Below are positions 12,931 to 27,500 of a stretch of 64,000 nt of DNA, in pieces. The position numbers and the translations under genes are program-made. The stretch comes from the human T2T-CHM13v2.0 reference genome, Homo sapiens, in NCBI RefSeq assembly GCF_009914755.1, contig NC_060929.1. One strand, 5' to 3'. How positions within the stretch are numbered: position 1 is the stretch's first letter; each line of letters begins with the position of its first letter. The notes beneath the pieces are model-generated. The model was not told where the DNA came from, made no database searches, and saw only the letters and a list, made by a program, of their open reading frames with translations.

Positions 12931-15900
12931 CTGAAAACCTGAAAAGGAGTATAACTCATGGCTAGCTACTCATTAATTCAATTAACAAGTTTTTCCTGTG
13001 CAGTTTGTGATTAAAACACTTGGTCAGGACTTGACTTGGATTTTCAGATCACTTCAAATAAAATAATTTGTTTATTGGGTTAGACTTCTCATGGGTCAAC
13101 GTTCTCCTAGTCTCATTCTAAGTATTTGATGATGCAATCACAACTCAGCAGTTGTTATATTTAATACAGATTGACAAGAGCCTTTATTTCCAAAAATTGG
13201 TCTGAAATAACTGTGATCAAGTTAAAATAATCTGATAAATAAAACAGAAAATGCATCTGATCTGCATCATGGCATCTCATCACTCAAGAGCATATGCTTA
13301 ATAAGTTACAAAAAGAAGAGAGAAAAAGAAAGATGTCCTGAATAGGGTGGTCAAAGATGACAGTTAAAAAGACCTCCAGATCTCTTTGGAATCCAACATA
13401 TCACTATAGATTTCATAAAACAATAATTGTCTTTCTGAATTGCTTACAGGGTAAACGAATTATTAAATAATAACTTGAAAGTGAAGCACAGATGTGATCT
13501 GGCTGTGGTTCACCTATTGTTTACTTTTAATGGAAATGTTTTTTCTTCAAATCACTGACTTGAAACATGGTGGATTTCTATCTGTAATATAGACTTCTTT
13601 CAGTCTATGTTTTACAAGTTACATTATACACTATGCCATTTCCACATTCATAGACTACCAAAGTGCTTCTTCCAAGTTGCCTTGATGATAGATGTACCTT
13701 ATATGTGTCTTCACTAAAGCTATAAAGCATTGAAATCTTTTCTCAAGGCCTTCAAAAGAGGAAGTAATTATTTTCAAGCCTCCACGATGTCCTAAGTAAA
13801 AACATCTGGTATTTCTGCACTCACTATTACAGTAAAAAGGAAGCCACACTAGAAGCTACCCAATTTCTGGGTACATAGTTACTTAGAGACTGTTATATAT
13901 TCCATAATGACATAATTTTGGTTTTTTTCCCTTATGGATTTTTCTATATACATTACTTTGTTTATTTGCTCATTTGTTCCTCAAATATTTGAGAACTTAG
14001 TATGTGTCAGGCAGTGAACCAAGTTACATGAGTAATTGTGTAGGAAACAAAGTGAAAAAGATTATACGGAATTACTCCCTAAGAACTAATCAATCCAGAA
14101 TAAGCAAGATCTTTAAATCTATAGGTAGTAAAATACTCAGATTAGTTCTGTATAACAATCTGTATAACAATTAGTTCTGTTTAACAATTATATACAGTAA
14201 TGTTACTTTTCCATTCTGCTCTCTAGAACAGAAATGATAAAAAAGATAGTTGTCATGGGGCCTAAGACTATCACTATTTTATGGCTTGAATATCATGGCC
14301 AATTTTATTTATTACTTGTTTGTTTCAGAGAAGAATGCCAGAGTAAATGTATTAGACATTAAAAATATGTTGTGAGAAAGGTAGAGGTCTATCTAGACTC
14401 TTGTTGCTCTGTCAGAATAACTCAACAATATACTTGAGTTGGAAGAAAAAGAGGTTGCCCCTGAAGGCTTGTATTGGATTGTTGCTTTATCCTGTGGATG
14501 GGTAGCATCAGTTCAGAGACGGAAAAAGAAAGGATTCAGCAAGTGAAGTCTAAGAAGCTTATGTCAGAAATGCTTGGTATTCGTGTCCTTGAATTCTGTA
14601 TACCCAAAGGAAAAACAAGGTAAAAAAGCATGGAAAATTTTTTTAGGCAGTTTTTGTAGTTCAAAACCAGCTTGTTTGCTTTGGTGGCTAACTCTTTTTA
14701 AGCAAAAATCCCAGTTTTTCCAGCCACAGTACCCACATCATTCTTCAGAGGAGTATACTCTCTGTAATATATTAATAACCAGGAGTGAATAGTTGCCACA
14801 AATGTGGAGAAGAGAAGAAATAAAACTTAAAACAAACATATTTCTTTTGTATGAATGATGCCATCGGAAAAAGAATTTTATTAAAAGTAGAGGCAAGACT
14901 TAGTACACATAAATGGCATCTATTAGTTTGTACAAGGTTGTTTTGAACTCACAATTTAAGTCTGACATTCTAGTTAGCAGAGTGCATTATTAGAAGTCTG
15001 CAATCTGGTGATCTCAATTTAGATAAAGCCAATAAGAATATATGAAAATTCTTAATAGGATTTTTAGATGAATTTAAGTATTTGCACCATCCTAGTAGAT
15101 AAGAAGGAAAAACATCACTTTGGTAATAGTTCTTCAAACCAAAGGCTCTTGTGTGGCCAGACAGGATATATTTAAACTCCAAGAAGTATCGTAATATCTA
15201 TGGAAACATATTTCTGTTGAGGTAATTGTACCTCCAGTAAAAGACTATTTGAATCAGCTTGAGTTCTGCCCTAGCTCTCTAAGAACACAATACACATTCT
15301 GCATTTGTTAAGTACAGAATATGAGGTCACATATCAAATAGTAAGGATTCATTGACCATGAGAAGAAATTTTAGGACATTAAAAACTTCTTACCAAAGAG
15401 TATCTAAGTTCAGGTAATTATGCATTTCTTTTTACTTCATTTCAGGAGGTAAGCCAGACTATAAGAAGAGGAGAAATGGCAAAGAGACCGAAGAAGAGGC
15501 ATTGCAATATGGTGTAATCATATAATAGAATTTGGGTGAGAAGTACAATTTGTGGTAATATATAGTCAGCACAATGAAGAGTGGATTCCAGAAATACAAG
15601 TTCTTGCTTTAGGAAGCAGTTCTGCCTATGTCAATACAGAATTCTCAGACGTAAAGTTGGCGATTATGTAGCTTGCAAGATTATGAAAAGCAGTAGCATA
15701 TTGCTTGCTTCTAAGCTTGAAACACAGTAGGTCTCTAATAATATCTGGCTTCCCCTTCTTACTACATAAAGCATTTATTGTTCAGTATGGCAATTATATT
15801 TTAAGCATGCTGCATTATGAGGTCATTGAGGAATGAACCATTTCTCATTTACATTTATAACTTCAATATCACATATCTGGTGATTATAGAGCTTAAAAAT

Positions 15901-17173
15901 ATCAAATGGAAGTAGCAGAATTGTTGTATAGAAAGACCATGAAGGGAAATATCTCAAAAATAAAATATTAGAAGTATTCTAAGCATTATTGGTAGTATTA
16001 CAATGGTAGTAATGTTGGCAGAAAAAGAGTCAGAAATGGTTTTAAAATGTGTTGAAGGATTTGAAAGCCAATGAAGTACGGTTCAGGAGAGTTGTTTATC
16101 AAGCACTAAAAATGTTCATTGCTTCTCAGCAATTCTGTAAGTATCAATAATGTACTTGACTATTCGAATCCCAATTGCTCCAAGAAGTCTTTCCAAGCTC
16201 ACTGGATCAAATTAACTCTCCCTCTTTGGCTTGCTGCCACATTCACAGTCCAGGATATGGTCAGCGACTGTTCAGTAGCAACAGAGTTTGTTGCTATTGT
16301 TGCTACTGTGTTCCACCCACTGTCCTAAGCCCTGAAGATGGAGCTGAATAAGACAGTCTGTCAAGGATCCTGCTGCTATGGAGCTTACATCCTTGCTGGG
16401 TTACTAACATTAGACTGAAACCTGATTCACACTTAGTTCCTTATTTCAACTGTATAAATCTTGTCTCTGTTTTTTGAATTCCCAACAAAACAAATAGTTC
16501 CATGAAAACAGAAAATTGTCATATCCTTCTTCCACAGCATGAACCCTTTTTAGGAATAAATGTCTAAAAAACAAGCAAAATAAACAAAAAGCCGAGCAGC
16601 TGGAAAGAGACAGTAAGTTCTCAATTTGCTGCTATCAGTCTCGCCATTCTACCTTGGTGTCAATTGGATAGATTGAGGTTAGGAGATAGAGATGGGTTAC
16701 TTAGGCATATTTCTAAATAGGAATGGTTGAAGAAACTTTGAAGAGAGAAGTGGTTAATAATCAAAAGAAAATACTTTGTGTATCATGTCCACAGTGGGTA
16801 CTCAATTGACATATTTTCCAAAATAGTGGGTTGTCTTAATTATTTGTCATACTTTTTACCATGTATCACAATGTTAGAGAAGTTACAAAAATTTTTTTTA
16901 AATTCTGAGTTGTCAATGAAATTGATCCAGTGAAATTCCAAAACCTACATGTTCCTAATTATTCTACAAGCTATTGAGATGCAGCTGAATTCTTTTCATC
17001 CCCTTGGATCCACTGGGCATAGTTATGATGTGACGTAGCTGAGAGATTTTCAAATTCATTTTACAGGGTACTCATCTGTGGTATGAGTATTATCCAGTAC
17101 AAAAACAAAAACACAAAATTATTTAACTATAAAAGCTATTCAACAACTTGAAACAAAAAAAATCATAGAATTC

Positions 17174-17670
17174 CCCTTTTCTCGTTTAGGAAAAAAAAAA
17201 AGTGCAGCTCACTGAAAGCACTCATTTAATTTTACATAAACATGCTCTTTAAGGCTAAAGCAAATATGACTGATATTCAATGCGAAAATACAATATAAAA
17301 ACTGTTCTTGGAGTTATTTCTAAACAGAACTAACATCAGAATTGTCTGTTTGGGAAAAATCAGATTCCTCAAATGAATCTTCAGTCAACACCTGTTCAAG
17401 AGTGATGATGTTTAACATGCATAAGAATGCTGTGTTTTTTAGGATTTGACATTTTCAGCAATCTAGAGTTACTATATTTTGTAAATGGAAATACCACTAC
17501 TAAAAATAGAATGTTAAATAGAATAATGTCTTTTGTTTCCAAATTTGGCATACTAGAGCAATGCGAAAGTCATAATAAAAGTGAGATATTTCATGGCAAA
17601 TTTAACTTGGGGTAGAAGCTGCAACTGCAAGTGCTGCTGGGGAGTATTCTTGGAACAAACAGGAAGGGAG
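17174..17670 (-). mobile_element. MER75 non-autonomous piggyBac element, near full length
   Basis: TIR-like ends cccttttctcgttt ... aaacaggaagggag followed by TTAA (17671-17674); internal gtgcagctc...ctcatttaattttacataaac...ggagttatttctaaacagaactaacatcagaat matches the recalled MER75 consensus. Confidence 0.85.
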
Positions 17671-17701
17671 TTAATGAAATAGAAAAATGATAGCAGAATA
17701 A

Positions 17702-18255
<554 letters not shown>

Positions 18256-19118
18256 TATGCTAAAATTAGACTAAAAGTTTTACTTCACTAGATTAAACCC
18301 AAGGAAGATATCAAATGGGTTTAAATTGTGAAAGCGAATATGAGGATGGTAAACAAATCATCAGTGCAATAAAGCAGCACCTCACGTTAAGAACGCTGGG
18401 CAAGGCAAAGTTATATTTCTCATCTCCGTTTCCTTTTAACTGTTCTTTATGGTGAACTAATACAATGTGTTTTGAAAATACCTGAGTTACCTATTATGGA
18501 AGAAACTTAGGGTGAGGGTGAACCTTGGTATTTGTGAAACAGAGTTGAAGCCCTAGTTGCAACTTCTTACATGGAATAGCTAGTGTCTTAGAGGGCGCAG
18601 TCATTCTTGAAGTGATGGTAAACATCTTGTCCTAAATTAGGCAGATGATGAACATACTAAGAGGTTTTCCAGCCTTCTATATGGTGTAGGTGAAGAATTT
18701 GAAGGTTGAGAGCAAAAGGATGAGAGTAAGACATATTTCTGTCTCCAGTGTGAAGAACTGATCTTTCTATTATGCCTAGAAATGTGCTCAGAGAGTAAAG
18801 TTGAAAATAATATATAAATATGAGCAACTTCAAAACATCATTATATTGAACATTAAAATTTATAGATACTATGCATAAACATTTCTAAAACATGGAAACA
18901 GTACGATTTCAAAGGTAAGTTAAGGGAAACCAAAACAAATAGAGAGGTTCTAAGAAACACTCTCACACTCTTGGGTTTTATGAAGGGGAAGGGCTAATTT
19001 CCCAAGAAAACCTCTTTGATCTCAGAAGAGAAGTTTCATTTGCTTGTAAAGAATGACATGCTCATACTTGGATTAGTAAAAATATTTAATTTGGTGCCAG
19101 CATAATTCTATTGAACCC

Positions 19119-19785
19119 TTAATAGAAGCTATTTTTTCAAAATTTTTAATGTTTTGTGTTTTATCCTAAATTATTAAGTACTACTATTAAAGCTAGATGT
19201 TTGAATTATCTATTGATTTTATTTCATATTTAGAAATATAGGCCGGGCGCAGTGGCTCACGCCTATAATCCCAGCACTTTGGGAGTCCGAGGCTGGCGGA
19301 TCATGAGGTCAGCAGATCGAGACCATCCTGGCTAACATGGTGAAACCCCATCTCTACTAAAAAAATACAAAAAATTAGCTGGGCGTGGTGGCGGGCGCTT
19401 GTAGTTCCAGCTACTCAGGAGGCTGAGGCAGGAGAATGGGGTGAACCTGGGAGGCGGAGCTTGCAGTGGGCCAAGATCGAGCCACTGCACTCTAGCCTGG
19501 GAGAGAGAGAGAGACTCCATCTCAAAAAAAAAAAAAAAAAAAAAAAAAGAAAAGAAAAAGAAATATAGAGATAGGTATTGAGGAAAAAACAATCCCTTTT
19601 ATAATTTTTCATCTGACTTATGTCAATGCATATTGTTAGAAAAAGTGTGTTACTTCATCTTTAGTGTGAGTGTAAATTACTCATCATAAATGCTGTTGCT
19701 TGAGCAAAACCTAATCTCTGCCTGTTAAAGAATATTACAATTCTTTCTTTTTGGAGTAATTTAATTACTTTGTAATTATTTCTTA
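19119..19785. repeat. Right arm of the inverted repeat, interrupted by an AluY
   Basis: About 80% identical by eye to the reverse complement of 17910-18255 once the Alu at 19241-19558 is removed. Confidence 0.9.
19241..19558 (+). mobile_element. Full-length AluY-like element
   Basis: Starts ggccgggcgcagtggctcac; gatcgagaccatcctggctaac diagnostic; poly(A) tail; TSD agaaatata at 19232 and 19559. Confidence 0.95.
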
Positions 19786-20939
19786 TTTTATTTATTTTCT
19801 GTAAATTAACATTTACTATCCTCATTGAAATAATGAGACTAAACATATTTCTTTTTTTAAATTTAAATTATGTGTATTTAGTATGGTAGGAAACCCCAAG
19901 TATGACTAATTTTAACAGTGAATATATATTCATGAAATTAGGCATCCTAAAAATATAAAATTTGTAGCAGCAAATATATAACTGTTCCCAAATATTAATG
20001 ACGTAAAGAATAACCAAAGATTCTGAGAACTACACAGTAATTTGGTTTTAAAATAGGTCTTTAATAAGAAAAATATCCATTGGCCTTTTGGACTCTGTGG
20101 ATAATAGTAAACATATGAAGATTATTTGAGAAATATAAAGGCAAAATAATAGTTTTCTACATGATTTTTATCTGTTCAAAGAAAAATGAGGAAAAAGTGA
20201 TAAAATAAAATATGATTGAAAAAGGGAAGGAAAAAGTAATTGCAACGATCTACTACAGTGGTTTAGCGTCAATATTGAAGTAATAATTTTTTGATATGTA
20301 GAATCTAAGGAAATCATAGGCTCAAAATCTGGAAGATATATTGGGGTAGAGGAATTAATAAGAGAAAGAGTTGCACATTTAAAGACCTGGAGGCAACAAA
20401 GGTCATGGCACATTCAGAAACCTGAAATAAATTCAGTATGGCTGGACTTATGTTTGATTCAACAAAACACTAGGGGCATTTCTCTAGTGGGTATTGAGCA
20501 GGTGATCACAATGAATCTGTGGTCATGATTTGTGAATATTCATGTGCTCTTTAACTACATATATGCTAAATAATGTTAGTAAATCAATTCTTAAATTGCC
20601 TATTGAACAGTTTACAAAATTTAAGAGCAAGCTAATTCTATCTTAGCATTACTGTAACTGGAAGCAAACATTCTTACATATCCAGAGCAAATGATAAGAA
20701 AGATAGCAGTTTAATAAGAAACATACCAATCTACTTTATTTTTACTGAATCAATTACAGCCTTAAAATGTAATATACACCAACATTTTCCAAATAAGCAT
20801 GGTTCTCAAAATTCTTTGCACTCTAAGATTGGTAGGATTTTGTTATAACACTATTCATGATTCAACAGAATTCATATAATACTGTTTGATAGTTCATTTA
20901 TTAATTCAGAAAATAGTTATGAAAACATACCTTGTGCCA

Positions 20940-21860
20940 CAAATGACCCATAAGCATATGAAATGCTCATCTTTATTAATACTCATGGAAATAAAAGTTA
21001 AAACATCAAGACAGGTTGATGAATAGATACAAATATACAGCTAATATAAAGAAGAAATAAGACCTAGTGTTTCATAGATCAGTAGGGTGACTATAGTTAA
21101 CAATAATCTATTGTAACTTTCAAAAAAAGCTAAAAGAAAGTAATTCAAATATTCTTAGCATAAAGAAAAAAATAAATATTTAAAGTAATAATTATCCCAG
21201 TTACCCTGATTTGATCTTTATGCATTATATTAATCAAATTATCACATGTATCCCAAAATAATATATACATCATATTTCAATTTTAAAAACCTGGGAAGAA
21301 AATACTATCAATTGTAAAGCAAAATAGTTAAAGTAAAAACGAGTTATCTTTTCACATCATTATGTTACTAAAAATATTTTTTTAAAGTTCTGAAAATACA
21401 TTGTTGGTGAAGATGTGTTCTAATAAGAACACCATGGGAGTATAACTATTACCACTATGAAAACTCATTTTATATCATCTTGTAAAGTAGTAAATGCATA
21501 CACCCCCAACAATTCTACTCCTAAATGTGTGGGTACTAGATGTTTTCACAATAGTGAAAATGAAAAAATAAAAATAAAAATAAGCAAGCAAACAAAATTT
21601 AGATCCCTTAATTGTAGAATGAATAAGTAATTAATATTTTTATAAAAACATGCAACAATGGAAATGAATTAACGACAGCCAAACTTACCAATATGGATGA
21701 GCCTCAAATCCAATCTTGGGGAAAAAGTCATAGAAAATACATGTAGTCTGATTCCTTTGTACATAAAGGTCAAAAGCAAGTTGAACTTGCTTTTGCTCTT
21801 GCTTTTGAAGCTGTAAGTTGTCTAGTGATGCATCCGTATAACTATTATGAAAAATAAGTT
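20940..21860 (+). mobile_element. Nested old L1 3' fragments (L1MA-like within L1ME-like)
   Basis: agggtgactatagttaacaataatctattgt...taccctgatttgatc plus flanking degenerate L1 3' ORF2/UTR motifs. Confidence 0.65.
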
Positions 21861-21963
21861 GTTGATAATCACAACATTCCCTTTTGTTATTATCCTGTCC
21901 TGTCTTCCTTTGATAGCACTATTTATTCTGCTTTTTGCTTCTCCTGTCCTCTACTTCATCTAA

Positions 21964-22176
<213 letters not shown>

Positions 22177-23701
22177 TGAATGTCTTTTCCTCTGTGATTT
22201 GTTTTCTTTTGTAATGCAAATTTATCATATTACTTATCACATTATATCTTTACAAGATTACTTGTTTGTGGTTAATTTTATATTGCAACCACCTCAGAGA
22301 CAGAGATTACAGGTCTTTATTTTTACAATCTTAGAGCCTTTAGCAAAGTGTCCAGCATATACTACAAACACATACATGTTTCTTTGAATTGTATTTCGAC
22401 TTAAAGTCAGTTTGTTGTAAAAACCTTTAGCAAGCCTCATAATGAGGTCTTAGCGTGGAGGAACACTTTGCTGGATATTTTTAAGGTTTAAATAAAATGT
22501 AAAGTGAGAAATTGTTTTAGAGGCAAAGCTATGAAAGTAAATATAATGAAAATGGAATTAGGAAAAAGGATTCACTGTATGGATGTATGTGTGCATAAGT
22601 AATAAATGTGCATCACTTTCAACATATAATCATGTAACAATAGAAACGTTTCCAAACACTTTATTGTCAAATTATACTCACCAAAAAATTAGTATATACA
22701 TTTTAAAAGCTTTACTTTCAAGCTTATTGATAAAACTTTACTATGAAGAAATAGTGTTATTTCTTCAAATACTGTTGTAAAATTATTTTTGTTGTTTTTA
22801 ACCTTGTAGTACAGCCAAGAGCTTGTTCCAGGAGTAAAAGTGCCAGTTCTACAACTTTTTGGTTATTTTCTTTTGCTTCTATTAGTAATGTTATTTTTAT
22901 TATGGCTATTTATAGAAATCTTTTAAAGCCATCTTGTTAGGATTAGTTTAATTAAAAATAAATAATATAACTTATAAGTCTACTTAATTGGCCATATGTA
23001 AACTCCACCATATGCTAATATGCTAAAAGCAAAGAAATCTGGAGGGAGTCACCCTCCTCTTCCCTCACGGTGCCTCACCTACTATGATTTCTCTCGACCA
23101 TCAGACAAAAGGTGGTGTGTTTATTAGATATTAGGAAAACTTAGTTTCTGTCTTGCGTTTTCGTTAAAATATATAACAAAATTTTTCTTGTGTCACACAA
23201 ATTATGTGGCTTTGCACACCCCACATTTGAGCGCTTATGAATTAATCTCATAACTTTCAATGGAGGGTGGGGAGATGTATGATCAACAAGAAATTTTTTC
23301 AAAATTGTCACATTCAGATTATTGCCTCTTCACTACCCCAGTTAAGGACCATCATATTAGGTTATAGTGGTCTTTTACTCTAATATAAAGAAAAAGAAAA
23401 TTCCAATTGAATGAGCATAAGTTTGAAGATAGATGAGTGGCCAGTTTAATACTATCAAACAACAGTAGTTCCCCAAACAGGATTTTTTAAATGTGTTTTT
23501 TTCAACTCCATCTCTCCTTCCCCCACTTCTTAATTCATAGAGTTAAAAAAGAAATGTCATAAAATTATGTATAGGCTATAATCCCAACACATGGGAAAAA
23601 ATGTCAAGTGAGAAGAGATGGGAGGAAAACACCAGGAAAATAAAAGCTATAGATCATAGAACTATGAATTTCATTTTTATGAACTTCGGATTATTATTGT
23701 T

Positions 23702-24245
23702 TTTTTTCTCTCTTTTTTTATTATTATACTTTAAGTTTTAGGGTACATGTGCATAATGTGCAGGTTAGTTACATATGTATACATGTGCCATGCTGGTGTG
23801 CTGCACCCATTAACTCGTCATTTAGCATTAGGTATATCTCCTAATGCTATCCCTCCCCTCTCCCCCCCACCCCACAACAGTCCCCAGAGTGTGATGTTCC
23901 CCTTCCTGTGTCCATGTGTTCTCATTGTTCAGTTCCCACCTATGAGTGAGAATATGCGGTGTTTGGTTTTTTGTCCTTGCGATAGTTTACTGAGAATGAT
24001 GATTTCCAATTTCATCCATGTCCCTACAAAGGACATGAACTCCTCATTTCTTATGGCTGCATAGTAGTCCATGGTGTATATGTGCCACATTTTCTTAATC
24101 CAGTCTATCATTGTTGGACATTTGGGTTGGTTCCAAGTCTTTGCTATTGTGAATAGTGCCGCAAAAAACATACGTGTGCATGTGTCTTTATAGCAGCATG
24201 ATTTATAGTCCTTTGGTTATATACCCAGTAATGGGATTGCTGGGT
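23702..24245 (-). mobile_element. L1PA (L1PA3-like) 3' end: ORF2 C-terminus and 3' UTR
   Basis: Poly(T) then ttattattatactttaagttttagggtacatgtgc; ORF 23929-24171 is the ORF2 C-terminus ([18 protein letters not shown]...IGGN). Confidence 0.95.
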
Positions 24246-24570
24246 TAAGGGCAGCCAGAGAGAAAGGTCGGGTTACCCACAAAGGGAAGCCCATCAGACT
24301 AACAGCGGATCTCTCGGCAGAAACTCTACAAGCCAGAAGAGAGTGGGGGCCAATATTCAACACTGTTAAAGAAAAGAATTTTCAACCCAGAATTTCATAT
24401 CCAGCCAAACTAAGCTTCATAAGTGAAGGAGAAATAAAATACTTTACAGACAAGCAAATGCTGAGAGATTTTGTCACCACCAGGCCTGCCCTAAAAGAGC
24501 TCCTGAAGGAAGCACTAAACATGGAAAGGAACAACTGGTACCAGCCGCTGCAAAATCATGCCAAAATGTA
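24244..24570 (+). mobile_element. Inverted L1PA ORF1 C-terminal segment of the same insertion
   Basis: Reads LRAAREKGRVTHKGKPIRLTADLSAETLQARREWGPIF...PLQNHAKM. Shares TSD tattattgtt (23692 and 24569) with the minus-strand part. Confidence 0.92.
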
Positions 24571-26364
24571 TTATTGTTAATTTAAAAAATTGGAAAACCA
24601 CAGTGTCTGAAATTAATCATGAGTTTATGCTTAAATCCCTGTAGGAAACAGAAAAATTCATAAGAAACTTCCATAAAAATCAATTTCATCAAATTTTATA
24701 TTAAAACAGAAGAGTAAATATACACATGCAGGTGTATACAACACACCAGTGGATGAGAAAGCAGTTTCTGGGGCTTTCTGGAAGAGTGGCACATTTGAAG
24801 CCAGGCTGCCCAAGATATATTCTTTCTGTCACTTAATTTCTCAGGACCTCTGTTTCATTGTCTCTAAAACGAGTGAGTTGAACTAGTTAATCTCTAACCC
24901 TTCCAATGCTAACATTATATAAGGTGTATGTGTCTGGAAAATTTGCAGGGCAAATCAATTTTTTATTTGAAACAAATATCAGAAGGAAACCTTCTAGATT
25001 TTTCTTCTTCAAGTGCAATTGGTTTCACACTTATTGAACATTTTCCATAGGCCAGAAACTGATAGGAACTTTACATGTATCGTTTCAAATTTTTATAAAA
25101 ACCTTCAGGGATGAATTATAATCTCTATTTTATCATAAGTAAATTGACCATCAATGCAACTAACAAATGACTGAGCCAAGATTTGAATGTAGGTATGTCT
25201 GACCCCAGTGTTTCTATTCTCTCTACCACAGTGAGATTGTTTATTGAAATAAATTATGAAAAAATGTATTATTTTACCTTGGAGGTGAGGGCAATAATTA
25301 AAAGATATGAGGACTAATAATGATTTTCATTATTGTTGGTTATACTCTTATATTACTGGAAGGAATGGAGGACAGCCCTTTTTCTCAAACTCAGCAACAA
25401 AGTTTGGTTTGGTTTATAAAATATTTTCTACATGTGTTTATTTTTTATTTTCCTGAATGTTTGAAAACTATCATGTGCGTAGATGCACCATCATGTATAT
25501 TTATTCTTGAATCTGAAATTCCATCTAGGTGGCAACAAGTCTGTTGCATATTTTATGCTCAATTAAAAAGAAGTCTTACAAGATTTTTATGTATTACGGA
25601 AAGATCACCATCTGTCCCCTATTTAATTAGGTCCATCCTGATTATGTTACATGTGTTCTGGCTCCCTTTAAGAAAATTTTCTACATATACATGAAGGAGA
25701 GGCTTGCTAAAAATGAATTGTCAGCAAGAAACAGGAGAGATTTAAACAAAGAAACTCCAAGAAAACCTTAACAAAGAGAAATATCTCAAACCTGAATCCT
25801 TAGATTCAGTAAAATAATAACCCTTCCCCTTCACCTCTCATGACTTCTATACCAAAATACAAATGCAACTTGAATCCTATCATTTTAGAAGCTTCAGGAG
25901 TTAATTTTTCTTTCCTGTTACTTTTCAGTTTGGAACACCTTTATGCTTTCGGAACAATTTTAGCCGGGAGGGGAAATGCCAAAATACTATAGAGAAGGCT
26001 CTTTCTTGGGTAATTTAGACTAGATTTGAGGAAGCAAAATGTTGCTATAAATTTTATGTTTAAAAAATAACTCTGCCCATGAAATTTCCAGTGGGTTTAA
26101 CAGATGCAAGAATTTCAGATAACAATAAAAAATCAGATTATCATGCAAAAGTAAGGAATTGTTAGAGGCTTCAAGGGGATAAAGGATAACGTATTGAGCT
26201 CTGGGTTCTGAGACTTGGGTTCTCTCCTTTGCTTTGCCATTAATTCTCTGATGTTTCAAACATTTACCAGAATTTTCCTACCTTAAAAATATGTAGCAAC
26301 AAAATCTCCCCCTGCCCAGTCACTAGAAATATATAAGCATTGTAAGGATGTGAAAATTCCCTTT

Positions 26365-26850
26365 TTCATTCATTTACTGTTTGCCAACTACACTTCAGGA
26401 ATCTAAGTTCTGGAGATATAACAATAAATAAAAAGTATCTACTCTTATGTATCTTAAATTCCAGGAGTAAATAAACAAATAAACATATAGTATGTTAGAA
26501 TTTATTAAGTGACATGCAGAGAAATGAATCCATGTAAGAAATATGTAAGAAATATTTTCATAGAATGTTTACGAAAAGCTTTTCTGAAAAGTGTCACTGA
26601 AGCAGGTACCTGATGAGTGAATGAGCCATACAGATATCCTGGGGAAGAGCTCCCTAAAGTAGGATCAGCATGTACGAAAGTCCTGAGGTGCCCTGCACAT
26701 GTGGATTTTGGAAGCACTCAGCCAGTGTACTGGAAAGGAGTGAGCATGGTAAAGTGAATGGGAAAAGACCTATTCAGAGTATTAGCAAGAAACAAACACA
26801 ATTCCTAAGTCTAGAGTACGTGTTTATCTGTGAAAGAAATGGTAAACAGT
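26365..26850. mobile_element. L2 fragment
   Basis: ttcattcatttactg...gagccatacagatatcctggggaagagc...gcatgtacgaaagtcctgagg, L2-type sequence. Confidence 0.65.
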
Positions 26851-27199
26851 AAATTCATTAAAAACTTGCTATTCTACCACAACATAGGAGCATAGCTGAA
26901 AGGGCTTTGATACTTTAGAGTTGCAGAATTTACTCCACACCAAATTGGTCAAGGCAATTGTTAGGAATGTAATTAAAAAGGAGGGAACATGACCAGGCAA
27001 CTGGCAAAAATTTTCCGTAATTACACTATGCATTTTGAATAATTCAATCATAATTCCAAAATGACGCTTCTTATTCCTCTTCTCTTTCTTTTTCAAGCCT
27101 TGTATTGCCTCCCTTTCCTTTCCATTTTCTTTTCCTACCTTTCCTTCCTAACCCTCCTCTTGCTTTTCTTTGCGTCCCCTTGCTTCCCCTCCGAAAAGG

Positions 27200-27500
27200 T
27201 AGCATACTGTATGATTTCATTTATATAACAATCTTGTCATGACAAAATTATAGAAAAGGAGAACAGATTACTGGTTGCAGGTGTTAAGGAGAGGGAGGGA
27301 GTCAGCAAGAAACAAGTGCTATAAAAGGGCAAAGTGGAGGATTCTATAGCAATGAAAATGTTCCCCTACCTTTATTAATTTTAATACCCTGTTTCTGATG
27401 TCGTACTGTAGTTTTTCAAGATGTTACCACTGGGGAGAATTAGATAAATTCTTTATTATTTCTCTTGTGAATCTACAAATATCTTGGAATAATAGTTTAA
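27200..27500 (+). mobile_element. L1MC/MD-like 3' UTR fragment
   Basis: catactgtatgatttcatttatat...gagaacagattactggttgc...caagatgttaccactgggg. Confidence 0.65.

Noticed and set aside
14141-14190. Short tandem duplications (ctgtataacaat units); similar ones at 84-115 and 46567-46604
   Set aside because: Ordinary slippage duplications with no repeat-spacer structure; not CRISPR-like.
25320-25694. 124-aa hydrophobic ORF
   Set aside because: No recognisable motif; the composition is what AT-rich non-coding DNA yields by chance.
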